The notes below the pieces were generated by a model. That model did no database searches and was not told where the DNA came from. It saw only the letters and a list, made by a program, of their open reading frames with translations. A DNA stretch of 64,000 bases from Azolla caroliniana (taxonomy: Eukaryota > Plantae > Polypodiophyta). This document shows positions 11,969 through 25,330 of this stretch, piece after piece (the stretch's first letter is position 1; every line of letters starts with the position of its first letter). The translations under genes were made by a program, and so were the position numbers. The stretch spans positions 13,020,001 through 13,084,000 of the forward strand of contig JBHGNT010000013.1 in assembly GCA_043228905.1 (NCBI GenBank). The letters run 5' to 3'.

Positions 11969-14844
11969 AGATTTTTTGCACTTAGGTATTATTGCTAGTA
12001 ACTTATATCGAGCTTGACTTGTGCTCAACAATAAATATTCCATCTTAGAAAGCATTGGTCACCACACAGAGAAAACTAAACTTTCTAAGATGCATTTTTG
12101 AACATTGGCTTCCGTAGGTATCGTAAACACAAGCTCACATAGTGAAATATAATTGCGATAACCTAGTAGTGAACACATAAATAGTAGTATTACCTTAAGA
12201 ATAACTACTCTTTCTAGCGTTTTGGTTCCCTTATTATCAAGCATTAGATAGATAATATCTCAAGGATTTTAGTGTGGACAATACTCAAATCGATTCATGA
12301 AAACTAGAAACACTTTGCCCAAGTGCTTATGGTGGTTGTACTATCTCATAAAAGCCAACAAAAAATGGCAATTTGGCTAAGTAATTGAGGCGGTTGATTT
12401 GAAATCAAATGTGTTCGCCCTCGTAGGTTCGAAGCCTGCAATTGTCGAGATTCTTTTACTAAGTTGTGGAAATCGTTTACTAACATTGAGCTTCTGTGCT
12501 TTAAACATTAAATATCTCAATAGTATTCAAATGTATGTGCACAAACATAGTTGTCAACACTTAAATCGTATCGCTACCCAAAGAATAAAGACTTATAATA
12601 GACCTCTTTTCTGCTTTATTAGCATGCTTAGATAGATAATATTTGTGTAAACAATCAAGAGATGGATTCGTGTGAAGCGGAAGAGATGTGAGTTATGTGT
12701 GTGTGTAAGAGAGAGAGAGAGAGAGAGAGAGTGAAACACAGAGAATACGCAAGGTAAAAGTCTATTGACAAAGGAGAAAGACTCAACATTATACAAGGTG
12801 GGAGGAGGGTGCTTTATGTAGTCACCCTCTCTCTTCATTAACTACAAGAGTCATGGAGCATGGGGAATGTGAAAGCTCATAAGTTATGTGTCATAGAATA
12901 TGATTCTATGACTCATACTAAATGCCAGAATACAAAGTGGTGACATAATGGTGACTTTTGACCGGTTCATTAGGTAGACAGTCGTATTTGCAGCTTCGGC
13001 CCAATATGACTTGGGCATATGCTTCTTGTTCATCATGGCCCGTGCTACATCGAGGATGTGATGATTTTTGTGCTCGGCTACTCCGTTTTGTTGCGGAGTG
13101 TGTCGGCAAGTGAATTTTCACCGAATTCCTTCCTTTCGGAGATACACCGTGAAATCGTCCGAGAAGTACTCCTTGCCGCCATCTGATCGAAGGCATCGTA
13201 CATGTCGGCCCGTGGCTTTCTCGACTTCATTGTTAAAATTTTGGAAGTGTCTGAACACTTCACTCTTTTGCCGTATCGGGTAGATCCAAGTGTGCCTAGA
13301 GAAGTCGTCGATGAAGAGCACGTAATATCGGCATCCGCCGAATGTAGCCGTTTGCACCGGTCCCCATACGTCGGAATGGACTACGTCGAGTAGACCTTTG
13401 CTCACGTTCCGCTCTTTCGGGAATGGGTGTCGGTGTTGCTTGCCGAATTGACACGCTTCCCATACACCTTCAATCTCCTTCTCTTTGAATGTCGGGAGTC
13501 TGATGATGACTCCTTTCGATTTCATTGCTTTGAGTTTGTTGAGATTGATGTGGCCGATTTGCTTGTGCCATAGCTCTATGTCGGAGTCAGCTTTCATGAT
13601 TTTCGCGAACATGGCGGATTTCATCTCGCGTGAATCGAGAATGAACATCCGGTCCTCTCTTCGTCCGCGTGCGATGAGACGGCCCTCTTTTTCGATGAAG
13701 TAACTGCCTTGATTAAATCAAACTTGCATCCCTTGCTCTACAATTTGGTCGACGGAGACCAAATTCTCCATAATGGTTGGTACATGCAAGACATTTTTAA
13801 TGTAATTTTGCTTAGCTTATTTTCAGAACGGAACAATTCCAATGTGCCGAATCGAGTGCGTAGTGTCGTCTCCGATTTCGACATAGCCAGGTCAGTCCGG
13901 CTCTCGAAGTTCTCGTAACCATTCTTGATTCGATGTCATATGGTTCGAGGCACTGGAATCGACGAACCATACGTCTTTCGGACTGTAGGCACTAGTTGAG
14001 GTAGCGGCTGACATAGAGTTTGCTCTATGTTTCATCATGAACATTCTGCCACGGTCGGAGTTGTGTGCATACATTCCGCCATGATCTTCGTAGTCGGAGT
14101 TGTGTGCATAATTCGTGAGTTGTGGCTTGTGGAAGCCGATTCATGCATCTTCTTTCGGCACTCTTCTTCGTGGTGGCCGAGCTTTCCGCGATATCCGCAT
14201 TCGGTTGAGTTTTGACTGCTTGGGCCGGAGTGGAAGCTCCCCCTTCTTGCGAAGGTTCCTCGTTGGCCTCCGTTTTGCGGCCAAAATTGGGAGTTGTTCT
14301 CGTAGGTCGAACCTCGTCCGCCTTGTCCTTGGCCGAATCGGCCTCTCGCTCGTCCGCGTCCTCTTCCTCCATTAGAGTGCGTGTAGAGCATGTGGCCTTC
14401 CGACTCATTGCTCCTTGTACACACATGGTTTTCTTCGACCAATAACATTTATTGGAGCTTGAAGAAGGAGGGAGATTTCTCCTGAGCTAGAATGGCGGTT
14501 CGCATCGCGCCGAACCGTGGTGCGAGGCCGCCGAGGCATATTTGCACCATCTCATCATCATCTATACTTACGCTTATTGAGCCGAGCGAGTCGCAAAGCT
14601 CCTTGATCTTCAAGGTGTATGTCGTGATGGACATGTCCCTTTGTTGAATATTGTTCAACTCTTGGCGGAGTTGAAGCTTCCTCGTGGTCGTGTTGGCGGC
14701 GAAAATCTTTCCTAGATTTTCCCACGCTTCCTTCAACGTCTTGGCTTCTCGAATGTAACTGAGCATGTGGTCATGAACACATGTCGCCAAACAATACATC
14801 ACGCGGCTTGCGGCTTGCTCCCATGTCGCGTATCCGGGAGCCGT

Positions 14845-15501
14845 TGTCAGGAAACAGGTCCCTCCGGATGGGAAGCGAGAAGAATAGTACTAATGAGCAA
14901 ACCAGATGTCAAGTTCCCGGCTACGGCAGACCTGGTGAGAACCGGATGACGAGTACCCCGCAACGGAAGACCCGGTGAGAACCGGATGACATGTGCCTGG
15001 CAAGCGCCGAATGATGCAGGCCCGGTAAGGAGTGGTCACCGGATGAAGGGACATATTCGTAAATATGTTTCTGAGAGTCCATTGGGGCTATATTTGTAAA
15101 TAGCCAGAAAGTCATATTAGTATAAATATGACTTAGGGCAAACTCTTTTGTGGCTGTTGTCATTCTTGTTGGTGCAAGACTAGAGAGCGCGTAACAGTGT
15201 ACAGAGAGAGAGAGAGAGAGAGAGGAAGAGGTCGTTGCCTCTGTTGTAACCGCCGCCTGTGGCGAAGATCGTGAGCGCGAGGTCGTTGCCTCCGTGAGCT
15301 CACTGTTGTAACCATTGTGATATAGTGATAGTTTGTAGTCTGTTGGCTGTCGTGGTTTTTCGCTAGTTTGGGTTTTCAACGTAAACATCTTGTGTACTCT
15401 TCTCTTCACTGTGTCGTCAGTTTCATTCCATGTTTCTCTATGTATGATTCTAAGCTCGGTTGTGGTCAAGCTTGCGCATAGGGAGCGTGTAGTTCCTGTC
15501 A
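14845..15501 (+). mobile_element. Solo LTR of an unrelated family inside copia gag
   Basis: TGTCAGGAAAC...GTTCCTGTCA inverted termini, TATAAATA near 15121, (GA)n tract; no short TSD. Confidence 0.75.
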
Positions 15502-16101
15502 TATTTGCACCATCTCATCATTATCTATACTTACGCTTATTGAGTCGAGCGAGTCTCAAAGCTCTTTGATCTTCAAGGTGTATGTCGTGATGGACATGTC
15601 CCTTTGTTGAATGTTGTTCAACTCTTGGCGGAGTTGAAGCTTCCTCGCGGTCGTGTTGGCGGCGAAAATCTTTCCTAGATTTTCCCACGCTTCCTTCGGC
15701 GTCTTGGCTTCTCGAATGTAATTGAGCATGGGGTCGTGAACACATATTGCCAAACAATACATCACGCGGCTTGCGGCTTGCTCCCATGTCGCGTATCCGG
15801 GAACCGCTTCGGCGGGTCGGTCTTCATGCGCTCCTTTGATGTAGCTCCAATAGCCTTGTCTGACATGGTATTGGTGCATCTTGTATTCCCAAAATGCAAA
15901 GTTGTTTCGATCCAACATCTCGGTAGGGAGAGGGCTCCCCATTTGAGTATTCATTATGTCGATTCTTCTTCTTCTTCTTCTCTCTTCGAATGCGAGCTAT
16001 GTAGCGAAGCTACGATAGCTATGACCCGGTTCTTGGTCGTCGGCATAGAGCACAACACACGATCACGATGAGGCGAATGGGCTAGATCGAGCTACCAAAT
16101 C

Positions 16102-16113
16102 GCTCTAATACCA
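16102..16113 (-). promoter_or_regulatory. Primer binding site, tRNA-iMet (one mismatch)
   Basis: TGGTATTAGAGC adjacent to LTR. Confidence 0.8.
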
Positions 16114-17206
16114 TGTAAAGAATCAAGAGATGGATTCTTGTGAAGCGGAAGAGATGTGAGTTATGTGTGTGTGTAAGAGAGAGAGAGAGTGTGTGTGTGT
16201 GAGTGAAACACAGAGAATACGCAAGGTAAAAGTCTATTGACAAAGGAGAAAGACTCAACATTATACAAGGTGGGAGGAGGGTGCTTTATGTAGTCACCCT
16301 CTCTCTTCATTGACTACAAGACTCATGGAGCATGGGGAATGTGAAAGCTCATAAATTATGTGTCATAGAATATGATTCTATGACTCATACTTAATGCTAG
16401 AATACAAAGTGGTGACATAATGGTGACTCTTGACCGTTGGAGTGTCTCTTCACTCTCAAGGTGAGTTCACACACTATACCAAGTTGAGGTTGATTCTCAA
16501 CCATCTACCACCCCTGGTTTCATGTGTCTCACTAATGGAGCCTGTGGATGTTTGGCCGCTCAACGGAGACCCGTCATTCAATTCCCTTCTCTTATTGAAG
16601 CGGCTACAAACCTGTTTTACCATAGCCCAATCCATCATGAGCCCATCATCAGTTTCGAGGAGGGACCCCACCTTCTCTCGGTCTCATGCATCAATAATCT
16701 TTATGAATAGTAGGACCTTTCTTGTGTCAAGCACCATCCTATCGAGCGTCAAGAGTTGCGCGAAGCGCTTCTCAAATTCTTGTAAAAGTACCATAGTATT
16801 TCTCCCCTTGCCGGGAAGCTCAACCCACTCCATTAGATCCCTTTTCGAAATTCTGAGTGAGTCATCAAGGCCGTACTTCTCGAGGAGTCTTTCTTCAAAC
16901 TCCACCCAATTGCAACAGTCCGCTTGGATCTCGAGTACCTCCACGTGGATACTCAGCGTTACCACTCTAGGGAATCTAGTTAGCTGCCTATCTTCGGGGA
17001 CATTTCGCATAAGCATTTCGGCCTTATAGGCATCCAAGTAGCTCGTGATATCTCTTCCATTGAACCGACCCGTTGTGCTTACCAATGTCTCTATGGCCTG
17101 GTCTAGGCCGGTGATGCCTTCTTGGGCATTTACCAAGCGGTCCAACGCCGCCGCCATCGCTTCAGCGAGTTCTCCTCCTCGCATCTTGGTTCTCCCTTGC
17201 CACCCT

Positions 17207-17224
17207 TTCACGTCAGGTTCACCA
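17207..17224 (-). promoter_or_regulatory. Primer binding site, tRNA-Trp (one mismatch)
   Basis: TGGTGAACCTGACGTGAA. Confidence 0.75.
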
Positions 17225-17509
17225 ATTTATGTCGCGAAGTTTCGCGCACGTGTGTTACTTGGGCGGGACCACGGGGGTCTTGGACTAGGGAGTACTCAAG
17301 GGATAGAGAAGACCCGAGGTTTGCTTTACGACAATACTACTTCCCGACCCCTTCCCGAGTAAGGTCTCGTTGCCCTTTGTTTTGTGAGGTCGGTGGCTCT
17401 CGTTGATCACGACTCGTCGACCTTCCAAGATCACCGCACGAGCCAAGTGACCAAATGGGTACAAGCAAGATGATCACGCAACATGAACGCACAAGGGGAC
17501 GATAACAGA

Positions 17510-17960
17510 AACATGAATGTTCGTACATCTTTATGAGGAGGAGAGGTGCATGGGCACACCCGGACGCTTCCTCGTCACAAGACGTCGAACGTACGAGGAA
17601 GACACAAAACACTTGCACAAATGCTCGTACGCCTTTATGAGGAGGAGAGGTGCATGGGCGAGCCCGAAATGCTCCCTCGTCACGAGACGGCCGAACGTAC
17701 AAGGAAGACACAAACACACGCACAAAATGCTCTTACGCCTTTATGAGGAGGAGAGGTGCATGGGCGAGCCCGAAACACTCCCTCGTCACGAGACGGCCGA
17801 ACATACAAGGAAGACACAACACACCCACAAAATGCTCGTAAGTCTTTATGAGGAGGAGTGGTGCATGGGCACGCCCGAAACGCTCCCTCGTCACAAGACG
17901 GCCGAACGTATATGGAAGACACAAACACACAAACAAATGCTCGTACCCCTTTATGAGAAC
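17510..17960. repeat. ~105-bp tandem repeat within LTR of D (~4 units)
   Basis: atgctcgtacgcctttatgaggaggagaggtgcatggg recurs near 17517, 17621, 17727, 17832, 17937. Confidence 0.9.
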
Positions 17961-18774
17961 CCTTTATAAAATAGGGTTCTGTTTACAATGGCAACTTATA
18001 GTTAACCACAAGCTCAATCAAAACATAAATATTAAATGCCCTTAGAGACAAACGCAAATCCGAACACGGCGAAGATAAACACATGAGCACCACCAAAATG
18101 CCAATCCCAACGAACCACGACCACCCTAACGGCGAGCACACGGGCTCGCAACGACGAACGGGGCGGAGCATGTCGAACCAACGAAGTTTGGGCTAACGAG
18201 CACTTCAAGTGCCGATGCGAAGAGGACGAGCACGTGGCGATGGGGGGATGAAGGGGTATGTGATGAAGAGAAGTGGTAAATAAGGAGATGAAGAGCTTCG
18301 AAGGAAAATTGGTGATAGTCTCCTCCTCCCAAAATGTCCTCCCGAATGAGCCCCCCTCGACCTCCTTTTATAGGAAAAAAAGAAGGGGGGGTCGCCAAAT
18401 TTGTCTTTAATGAAAAAGGAATAAAATTCCTTAAATCACGCTACACTATAAGTCCAAATTCAAACCGTGCACCTCTAGCTAGTAGTCAATGTGATTATCC
18501 ACTAGCCCACTAACTCTTTCTTATATAATATATAATTCTATCTCTATAAATTTATAGTCTATCTCCCCTCTACCTTTTATCTCTCCTCTCTCTTACTTTT
18601 TGCACGAGCTTCTATACCTCCTTTTCACCCTTTCTTTTCCTTTTTATTTTGCATATACACACTTAATCGCATTTGTGTGCATACACATTGCACATGCACA
18701 TTTCTGACCCCTCCTTTCGCCGGTTTTTCCCACCCTCGAGCACGCCACATCATGACCCTCGAGCACGCCATAAG

Positions 18775-21231
18775 AGAGAGAGAGAGAGAGAGACAGAGAG
18801 ACAGAGAGATAAGACTTGGAATGGAAATGAGATTATTTTATGAAGAAACAAGGTTACAAAGGGTAGGGTAAGGGCTAAAGATTGGTGTTGAAAGAATGAG
18901 TTATGATAAATGAATAGATACCTATTTATAGGTCCTTAGGGAGTATTCTAGAATGTTCTAGAATATTCTAGATATTTATGATTTTTAATACAATCATAGA
19001 ATATTCTAGAATACTCTATATATCTTGTAATAACTAATAATATATTTATTATAATTATATATCATATATGTTATTATAATGGTTAAAGGTCTAACATATA
19101 GACCAGGATGTCTTGGGCTCGAATCCTTGTAAGGCCAAAATGTATGTGTTCATGACATTATCCTCCCTTTTCGACAATGTGTTCCGGACTTTGCTTATGG
19201 GGATATTTGTTGTCGAACACAGCAACCATTTCGAAAGCAAGATTCTCAAGAGGTTCTCATGTTCGATCATTAGGTGAATATCCTAACCAATCAACAAAAT
19301 AATACAGTTTGCTGCGAACAATCTTGGAATCCACAATGGCAGCAACTTCATATTCAAAGCCATTCGAAACTTTAATTGGAAGTGAGGGAGATGTAAGCCG
19401 ACCTGCAACAGAGTTGGTCTTGTACAGCTCCAAAAGTGAAACATGGAAGACCGGGTGAAGATGCATATGAGGGGGAAGATCAAGGCAAAATGCCACATCA
19501 TTAATCTTACCACATATCACATATGGGCGAAAACGTTGATAATCCAATTTGCAGCAAGGTCCAGTTGCTTTAATGTGACCTTGTATAACCCATACTTGAT
19601 CTCCCACTTGAAACATAGTCAATGAATCACGTCGATGACTAGATGTTATCAATCCTTCATCAGAACCTTCCTTGAGTAGAGAGAAAATTAGACCTTCACA
19701 ATTTCTCTTTTCCATGGCTAATATGAGTGCTTTTTTTACCACCTCATGATGGAAGAAAGGCACACTCAGCTCCCTAATACACCTGCATGCCTCTTCTCTA
19801 TCACCACTTTCGATATACTCATTAAGAAGGGCAGTTATGTTATTTTTAACAAGTTCAACAGTCATGTGTGTGCTTCCCCCCCATCGACGCTCTACAATTT
19901 CAGCATGCAAAGGTGGTGACAAGTAGCTTTTCTCAGCTTTATGTATGACATCATGACCTTTCGATCCTTCGGGCAAAGTTTGGGTTACTTTATGAATAAA
20001 TGATGGAGGAAGAATATCATCAACAATAGCTCTAGCCACAAATAGAGCAAGTATATCGAGTGCATCTGGTATGTCAATCACCAAGTCATTAGACGATTCT
20101 ACAAGTTTAGTAAACCCTTTTATTACTTGGTCGGACTGAATGACATCAACATAAAGAGCAGAAAGCAACATAGCTGCCATTTCCTTTTCTCGGTCATGTC
20201 GATCAAGGGACATGGAGATGAGCTTCTTCACGAAATAATGATGATACATTGAAGAGCCAAGCTCTCGCAGCTCAACAGCGGTCTCTGCAATCTTATCAGT
20301 CGAAAAGTATTCTTCCACAATTTGGCCTACTTTGTTCTTATATTCCTGAATAGACTAAGCAGTCGAAGTAGCCACTAGTTTATATGGTTCCTGATGATTC
20401 AACATTTATTATGATAAGCCGATCTTCAACAGTCGAGTTCGTCGGGAGTTCGGGATGTTAAAGCATAGTCGAACGAGGATGGTTCCCAATGTTTGCAAAA
20501 AATAGGGAATATCGCCCTGGGACGCAACAAGGAAAACCAGATGCTTTATCTCGACGTTCATAAATGGAACTTCAACCAGGAGAGGCCACATTTGAAAGTC
20601 AGAAACAAATCCTCTTGGGTCTTGACCGTCTACGACTAATGACATTTCATGTTATAGACACACCCAGGGATTCAAGTCTTTTGAACTCCATTCGGGAGCA
20701 TATTGCGACTGATGAATTCGCCCAAGACATTCTTAACCATATTATCCTAGCTCGTGCTTCTTGTTCACAATCTCATAAATCCTCGTCAAGACTACAACCA
20801 GTTCAAGTGGCATGATGGATTACTTTTTCGACAAAATCTCTTATATGTGCTTGATGGTCCTTCTCGACTCCAAGACTTGCAACAATGTCATGACGCACCA
20901 ATGGCTAGACATTTCAGTATCCACAAGACTTTGACGTTAATTTCTCAAAGGTATTGGTGGCCTCGACTTCGCCATTTTGTTACGGATTATGTTCGTAATT
21001 GTGATACATGTTGCCGATCCAAAAAAACTTGACATCATCCATATGGGTCATTACAGCCAGTGCCTATTCCTAAGAGTCCATGGAAATCTATTTCATTGGA
21101 CCTTATTACGGATTAGCCCTTGGCCTACCCTTTGTAAGCTTGTTTCCTCATAATATAATCTCATTTCTATTTCAAGTCTTATCACTCTCTCTCTCTCTCT
21201 CTCTCCTACTCACGAGTCCCGATAGTCCTCC
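18775..21231. mobile_element. Chromovirus G composite remnant, copy 2, carrying a captured host exon
   Basis: Colinear with 7633-9360 and 38521-40740 apart from the 19640-20416 insert. Confidence 0.85.
19257..20390 (-). pseudogene. Chimeric frame: MA3-domain (PDCD4/plant MRF-like) exon fragment fused to integrase GPY/F tail and truncated chromodomain
   Basis: EEYFST..HHYFVKKLISMSLDRHDREKEMA..LFVARAIVDDILPP..EACRCIRELSVPFFHHEVVKKAL, then FQVGDQVW..HPVFHVSLL..YYFVDWLGY; in-frame TAG at 20355-20357; listed ORF starts at GTG. Confidence 0.88.
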
Positions 21232-23033
21232 AATTGTCGACATTCTTTTCCCTTAAGAATAACTACTCCTTTATGCGTTTTTGGTTTTCTTATTATGAAA
21301 CTTAGATAGATAATATCTCCAACATTTTAGTGCGGACAATACTCAAATCGATTCATCAGAACTAGAAACCATTTTCCCGACTGCTTATGGTGGTTGACTC
21401 CACATCAAATGTTTGCTTCCCATAGCTTGAAATCCTACATTTGTAGACTTTCTTTTAGAATATTTGATGTTGCCGTCGTTGATTTACATCGAGCCATTGT
21501 GTCGCAAACCAATACATATCAAAATTTAGTGAGGCGACATCTATCATGAATATTTGACCGCTTAAGCCAAATGTTTCAATATTAGCCCGACTCCATATTT
21601 TGAAATTTCCTAATATAACCGAATATTTTTGCATTAACATAACACCAACTAAGATAATCATTACACGGATTGCCCAAAATATTAATAATTGTACTATTTC
21701 ATGGTAGAAGTGAACCAAATATGGCAAATTGATCGAGTGGTTAAGGCGTTTGACTTGAAATCAAATGGGTTCGCCCTCATAGTTTCGAATCCTGAAGTTG
21801 TTGAGATTCTTTTACTATGTTTTGGAAACTATTTACAAACATTGCGCTTTTGTGCTTTAAACATTAAATATCCCAATAGGAATCAAATGTATGTGCACTA
21901 ACATACTTGTGAACACTTAAATCGTATCGCTACCCAAAGAATAAAGGCTCATTATTTTCCAATTTCCTACCATATTAGCATGCTTACGTAGTAAATACTT
22001 TCAACATTTAATTACAACCAATACTAAAATCTGTTATCGTAGATGGCTACATAGGATAATTAGGCCGAGTTGTTAAGGAGTTTGAGTAGATATAAAATGG
22101 GTTCCCACTCGTAGGTTTGAGCTTGACATAAGCTGACAAATAAATATCCCATCTTAGGAAGAATTGGTCAACATATAGAGTAAACTAAATTGTATAAAAC
22201 ACATTTGTGAACATTGGCTTCCCTAACTATCTTAAAAACGGCCTAACCTAATGAAACGTAATTGCAATAAACTAGTAGTGAACACATAAATAGTAGCATT
22301 ACCTTAAGAATAACTACTCTTTCTAACGTTTTTCTTTCACTTATTTTCAACCATAGATAGTAGATGCCAACTAAACATGGCAATTTGCAACATTTACTTA
22401 CAAATAATACTAAAATATGTAACTATCATTAATTGCAAAAAAGGACAACTTGGTTGAGTGGTTAAGGCGTTTGACTTGAAATCAAATGGGTTCGGCCTCA
22501 TAGGTTCGAATCTTGTAGTTGTTCACATTCTTTTCCCTTAAGAATAACTACTCCTTCATGCGTTTTTGGTTTGCTTATTATCAAGCCACTATAGATAATA
22601 TTTCCAACATTTTATTGCGGACAATAGTCAAATTGATTCATGAAAACTAGAAACAATTTTCCTGATTGCTTATGGTGGTTGACTCAAAATCAAATGTTTG
22701 CTTCTTGGAGCTTGGAATCCTATATTTTTAGACTTTGTTTTAGAATCTTTGATGTTGCCGTCGTTGATTTACATCAAGTCATTGTGTGGCAAACCAATAC
22801 ATATCACAATTCAGAGAGGCGAAATCTATCATGAATATTTGACCGCTTAAGTCAAATGTGTCAATATTAGCTCGACTCCATATAACCGAATATTTTTGCA
22901 TTAACATAACGCCAACTAGGAAAATCATTAGACGGATTGACCAAAATATTAATACTTGTACTATCTCATAGAAGCCAACAAAATATGGTAATTTGGCCAA
23001 GTGGTTTAGGCGTTTGACTTGAAATCAAATGTG
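21232..23033 (+). repeat. tRNA-Ser array block 3 (degenerate copies at 21723, 22055, 22444, 22987 plus ghosts)
   Basis: Same body and spacers; last copy cut in the variable arm by a junction to gypsy E. Confidence 0.88.
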
Positions 23034-25330
23034 GGACCACAAAGATGATTTCACGCTCTCCAAATACCTCGGCGATACGCATGAAGCGCGCTCACCACAA
23101 AAGCATTGTGGCCTTTCCTTGCCCGCCGTAGCACCCAACATGGCCTTTGCTTATCCCTGCTTCAACGGCGAAACCGATGCTGCAACCCAAATCTGACTGC
23201 TCCTCAATGTCTAGAATGCAAACCACATGGCGGAGAGCCTTTCCGAAGCAGTAGCGCATCAGTCCAAAATGACGGAGTTCAGATTAACCTGAGATGGGAG
23301 AGTGGCGTTTTGGCATTCACAGAAGCATTTTCCAGCAATCACGACCTTCGACCAGCTGTACTTAGCCTTTCTACGGTTTTTTCATCGGAGGGTGACGCAA
23401 CGCGAAATCCTCGGGCAATTTTACACAATTAAATAGTTGCCGACCGAGATGGTAGCGGATTTCAGTTTACACTTCCAAAATCTACGGCGGAAATTAGAAC
23501 GGGGCCCAAGGGAGGACGAGGCGAGGGAGACATTTTTGGCAACATTACGCCGACCCATACGGACAACACTCAACAACAATAGTGTGAAAGGGGAAATAAC
23601 CAATATGGTCATAGAAAGAGCGCTATAGCGACAAGCATTGCGACAAGCATTGCGACAAGCATTAGCTCAGGACGAGGAATGACATTTTCGCCAAGCGATC
23701 CAGTGCACGATTTGCTAGAATTAAGGGCATTCCGCCGTTGAATGCAACATGCGAATCCACTGTCCAATCTGTCACTCGAAAGCTCACACAGTTGAGCAGT
23801 GCGAGTACAATATGTTGAACAAAGCCACACCCACAGTACGTGATGGCGCGGTATATGGATCGAAACCCACGCGATGACCGACACTACCGGAATCGCCGAA
23901 ATCACTATGATTCCGAGGAAAACGAGCCGGAGGATGAAGACTACCGTGGCAACCCTAGAAATACATAAGGGGGCCAACGCTATGAGAATTACCGTCCGGC
24001 ACCAGGAACCACGCCGACACCAACATCAACCACCGCGTACGCTTCAACGAACGAATCAGGACCGGGAGGAGTAAGTCACACCTACGGATCGGCACACACC
24101 ACCAGGGGTCGAGAAGGGCGAACCTAGCATCCATTGTTTTGTTTGTCAACAGCCCGGACATTATGCCACATAATGCCCAGTACGTAAGGGCAAGCGGCCC
24201 GCCGTCAATATGATTACGGCGGAAGTACAACAAGTCACGACACGTCAGCAAACAAAAAATGTTGATTGGGACGCGCAAGATGAGATACGGCGGACAGCCC
24301 AAGAATGGGTTGAAAAAGCAAACACGGCAAATACGAACCGCATGCGGAAGGAGTCCGCAAACACGGTGGAGCTATTGGAGGAAAAGGGACCATCTCCAGA
24401 CCCCATATTGCAAGCACTAACAAGCTCAGAGATAACGTTAACCATGGACAAGTTGTTGCAACTAGTCCCACAATTCCACCAGGCCGTGGAAGAGCGGATA
24501 ATGGGCAGACCTGGGGCGTTGCCGCGAATTTTACGGACTTTAGCAACGAACCAACGTTGGTGGATCACCACAACCCAGCTAATAAGTTGATACTACACAA
24601 TCAGGAAATGCTAGGATGCGTAATCGATGGCGGCTCGGGCGTTAATGTAATTAGCGTGAAGACATGTGAACAATTGGGAATTTTAGAATGGGAAGCTTGC
24701 TAGTTTTGGCTTCGCATGGCGGATACTTGCTTAGTACGACCATTGGGGTTGATACGCAAGGTAGGCATTATCGTGGGAGGAGATCGCTTCGACATCTCGG
24801 CAGTAGTCCTCGCCCTTGACACCCCAGGGGCGTATGCGATACTGTCTGGGCAGACTGTGGCTTTATTCTGCGAAAATCAAGCAGAGCTAGCAACACAAGT
24901 TTATCAGCTTTCGACGCGGGCGGACCAAGGTCCGCGTACCAACAGAGGAAATGGCGACACAACCCAAGGGCATAACACCATTGTACGTAGAGGATATAAA
25001 TATGCTGGCTAGGGTGGACGATACCGAATTAGAGGTATACCTAGACGAGCACCCTCGGATTATTCCGTTGTTCGAAATCGACGGTATCGATACCACGACG
25101 GAATATGCCATGCCCCCTACACTCCACGACGAGGCTTACGACCCAAACACGGAGTCAATATTAGGACTAAGCAGAGCACGGGCAGCGTTCGAGAGGTAAA
25201 CATAAATTTCACGACCAGTCACCGCCTCCGCCTTGGAAGAAGTAAACGTGGGTACGGCGTCAAAACCCCATTTCCTCTCCTTTGCAAACGAATTAATGCT
25301 GGATTAGAGAGACGCGATGATGGCACTACT
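23034..25330 (+). mobile_element. Gypsy family E fragment (gag-protease), paralog of ~34430-36930
   Basis: Near-identical to E copy 2; CCHC remnant, VIDGGSGVNV protease; many stops. Confidence 0.85.

Larger units (their letters stand above)
9361..12645 (+). repeat. tRNA-Ser array block 2 (copies at 9852, 10184, 10349, 10768, 11333, 11668, 11888, 12367 plus ghosts)
   Basis: Same body and spacers; colinear with 40741-44183. Confidence 0.9.
12646..16501 (-). mobile_element. Ty1/copia family C, copy 1, internally deleted (no RT/RH)
   Basis: LTR 16114-16501 and partial LTR 12646-~12964; gag (MNTQMGSPL..) and integrase (VHSDVWGP..LRSDGGKEY) remnants; paralog of 44184-62824. Confidence 0.9.
16502..18760 (-). 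mobile_element. Truncated tRNA-Trp-primed gypsy D (5' LTR from 17230 rightwards, PBS, gag start)
   Basis: Gag MRGGELAEAM..GRFNGRDITSYL homologous to elements A/B; LTR end CGCGACA; right boundary uncertain. Confidence 0.75.

Noticed and set aside
19640-20390. Functional host MA3 gene locus
   Set aside because: Fragment only, in-frame stop near its start, embedded in TE and absent from paralogous blocks.
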